A stretch of 16,508 bases of DNA from PVC group bacterium. GTDB lineage: Bacteria > Auribacterota > Erginobacteria > Erginobacterales > Erginobacteraceae. Location of the stretch: contig JAZDIV010000004.1 of assembly GCA_043804695.1 (NCBI GenBank), positions 1 through 16,508 of the forward strand, read 5' to 3'. Both the position numbers and the translations under genes were made by a program. Positions 14,975 to 16,508 of the stretch are shown here, piece after piece; positions within the stretch are counted from its first letter, which is position 1; every line of letters starts with the position of its first letter. The notes below the pieces were generated by a model that saw only the letters and a list, made by a program, of their open reading frames with translations, made no database searches and was not told the DNA's origin.

Positions 14975-14990
14975 GTTTAATCGATTAAAC
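14975..14990. promoter_or_regulatory. Perfect 16-bp palindrome in a short divergent promoter region
   Basis: GTTTAATCGATTAAAC, overlapping a possible -10 TAAACT (TTGAGG 16 bp upstream) for suhB. Confidence 0.45.
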
Positions 14991-15007
14991 TATCGGGTGA
15001 TTTAATC

Positions 15008-15796
15008 ATGAACGGGTCGGAACGATCAATAACGAACGAAGCCCTGGCGGCAGCGCTTGAGGCTGTCCGGTCGGCGGGGCGCATCATCCAGGAGCAGGGC
15101 GCTCGGGTCTTCCGGGTGGATCACAAGGGGGCGACCGATCTGGTCACGGAGGTCGACCTGGCCGCGGAGAAGGAGATCATCGCGATCCTGTCGAAGACCT
15201 TTCCCGGCCACCGGATCATGGCCGAAGAGAGCGGGCCGGCGGAACGGGAATCCGACTATGTCTGGCTGATCGACCCGATCGACGGGACAACCAACTTTGT
15301 TCACGGGTATCCCTTCTACTCGGTTTCCGTGGCCCTCGAGTGCCGGGCCGCCGTTATTCTGGGGATTGTCTACGATCCGCTCCGGGACGAACTTTTCCAG
15401 GCCGTCAGGGGGGAGGGGACGTTTCTGAACGGACGCGCCCTGTCGGTTTCCGGGGTGGACTCTCTGGAAGGCTCGCTTCTGGCCACCGGTTTCCCCTATG
15501 ACCGGGATCAGCGGGCCCGGGCGCTTTCCATCGCCTCCCGGCTTCTGCCCCGGGTCCAGGGGGTGCGGCGCGACGGCTCGGCGGCCCTGGATCTGGCCTA
15601 CGTGGCGGCGGGCCGGCTGGACGGTTTCTGGGAGTTCGGGCTCAAGCCCTGGGACACCGCGGCCGGGCGGCTTCTGGTCGAAGAGGCCGGCGGCCGGGTC
15701 AGTGATTTCAGGGGGCAGGAGTTCGACATCCGACTCGGCGCGATCGCGGCCACCAACCGCCGGATCCACGCCGATCTGATTGCCTTATTGAACTAA
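15008..15796 (+). CDS. suhB: Inositol monophosphatase family protein (SuhB)
   Basis: DLVTEVDLAAE, AEES, WLIDPIDGTTNFVHGYPFYSVSVA, LATGFPYD, RRDGSAALDLAYVAAGRLDGFWEFGLKPWDTAAG. Confidence 0.95.
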   Translation: MNGSERSITNEALAAALEAVRSAGRIIQEQGARVFRVDHKGATDLVTEVDLAAEKEIIAILSKTFPGHRIMAEESGPAERESDYVWLIDPIDGTTNFVHGYPFYSVSVALECRAAVILGIVYDPLRDELFQAVRGEGTFLNGRALSVSGVDSLEGSLLATGFPYDRDQRARALSIASRLLPRVQGVRRDGSAALDLAYVAAGRLDGFWEFGLKPWDTAAGRLLVEEAGGRVSDFRGQEFDIRLGAIAATNRRIHADLIALLN

Positions 15797-15814
15797 CTGT
15801 GAAAGAATGCGTAA

Positions 15815-15871
15815 TATAAAGTAACGCCTTTGGCGTTACTTTATAGTGGTCCCGACTTCGTCGGGGCTATA
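15815..15871 (+). repeat. Double-hairpin intergenic repeat, copy 2
   Basis: TATAAAGTAACGCC-TTT-GGCGTTACTTTATA (15815-15845) followed by CCCGAC-TTC-GTCGGG; homologous to 9880-9934. Confidence 0.75.
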
Positions 15872-16019
15872 GCGTTAACAAAAAAGTTGATCGAGGCAGC
15901 ACGCTGAAAAGACCTTTCATGCCACAGTCACCAGTACTCCCACAACGTTAAAAATAAGCTTCAGATCAAGGACTATAAGCTGGTTATTTTTGCGTAGCGA
16001 GACAGGAGATATCCATTCC

Positions 16020-16400
16020 ATGAGAAAGAATGTATTTGTCTGGAAAGTGTTGCTTGTCCTTCTGGTCTTTTCCCCGCCGGCATTCCTCCCCTCGCCGTTG
16101 CGGGCGGCGCTTCTTTCCTCCCGATCAAGGCCCGCGGCTGACAATTCCGAGATTGTTCAAACCCGTGCCCTCGATTATCTGAAAGGACAGGGAATCTCGC
16201 GGGAGCGCGCCGAAGAGATCCTGGGGGGCCTTTCCCCCCGGGAAGTCGGTTTACTGGCGCTCACCCCGGTGGCGGTGCATTCCGGGGGTGCCGATGCCGG
16301 GATCAGGGAATCGCTGATGTCCAATGAGACGGCGGCGATCGTGATCACGCTGATCATGCTGGCCGTGATCGTGGGGGGGGTGGAGATCAGCCGCCATTAA
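16020..16400 (+). CDS. PA2779-like exported/membrane protein
   Basis: AGGAGA RBS before ATG 16020; signal peptide, LKGQGISRERAEEILGGLSPREVGLLA, SGG motif and C-terminal hydrophobic helix. Confidence 0.75.
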   Translation: MRKNVFVWKVLLVLLVFSPPAFLPSPLRAALLSSRSRPAADNSEIVQTRALDYLKGQGISRERAEEILGGLSPREVGLLALTPVAVHSGGADAGIRESLMSNETAAIVITLIMLAVIVGGVEISRH

Positions 16401-16405
16401 ATAAG

Positions 16406-16440
16406 ATGTCCCCTTTCAGGTATTGCCTGAAAGGGGATAT
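16406..16440 (+). terminator. Stem-loop after the PA2779-like gene (possible terminator)
   Basis: ATGTCCCCTTTCAGG-TATTG-CCTGAAAGGGGATAT, 15-bp stem with one G-U pair; no clear U tract. Confidence 0.5.
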
Positions 16441-16441
16441 T

Positions 16442-16508
16442 GGTAATCAGTAATCGGTAATCAGTAATCAGTATCAGCAACCGGCCAGGTCACTGATTAC
16501 TGATTACC
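16442..16508. repeat. Inverted heptamer array (RGTAATC / GATTACY), cut by the window end
   Basis: GGTAATC AGTAATC GGTAATC AGTAATC AGTATCAG ... CTGATTACTGATTACC. Confidence 0.8.

Noticed and set aside
1..16508. CRISPR array, integron attC array, DGR or prophage
   Set aside because: No regularly spaced identical repeats with unique spacers, no cas, integrase, reverse transcriptase or phage structural genes; the repeats are dispersed and nested.

Overview
GC-rich bacterial chromosomal window; a GT9 heptosyltransferase-like gene suggests an LPS-producing diderm, but taxonomy cannot be fixed from the sequence. It holds about 11 genes: (1) a very large, probably secreted mosaic protein (signal peptide, Pro/Thr linkers, two 7-bladed WD40 propellers, a lamin-tail domain, a divergent heparinase II/III-like C-terminus) split by one extra base, most simply in a G6 run at 4659-4664; (2) a protein made of three tandem ETDxAYL...WxPK domains, convergent with (3) a HEPN-like small protein whose ribosome-binding site lies in a perfect hairpin; then a GT9 and a DPM1-like GT2 glycosyltransferase, an orphan Fe-S hydro-lyase beta subunit, a membrane metallophosphoesterase, a YXWGXW-repeat protein, an M29 aminopeptidase with one in-frame TAA, a tRNA-binding/MetRS-beta protein, suhB and a PA2779-like protein. 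The most distinctive signal is non-coding: most spacers carry nested small repeat elements, including a MITE with 15-bp TIRs inserted into the loop of a GTAG REP-like hairpin with duplication of the 4-nt loop. No rRNA, tRNA, CRISPR array, transposase or integrase was seen. All family assignments are by-eye motif recognition, not database results.
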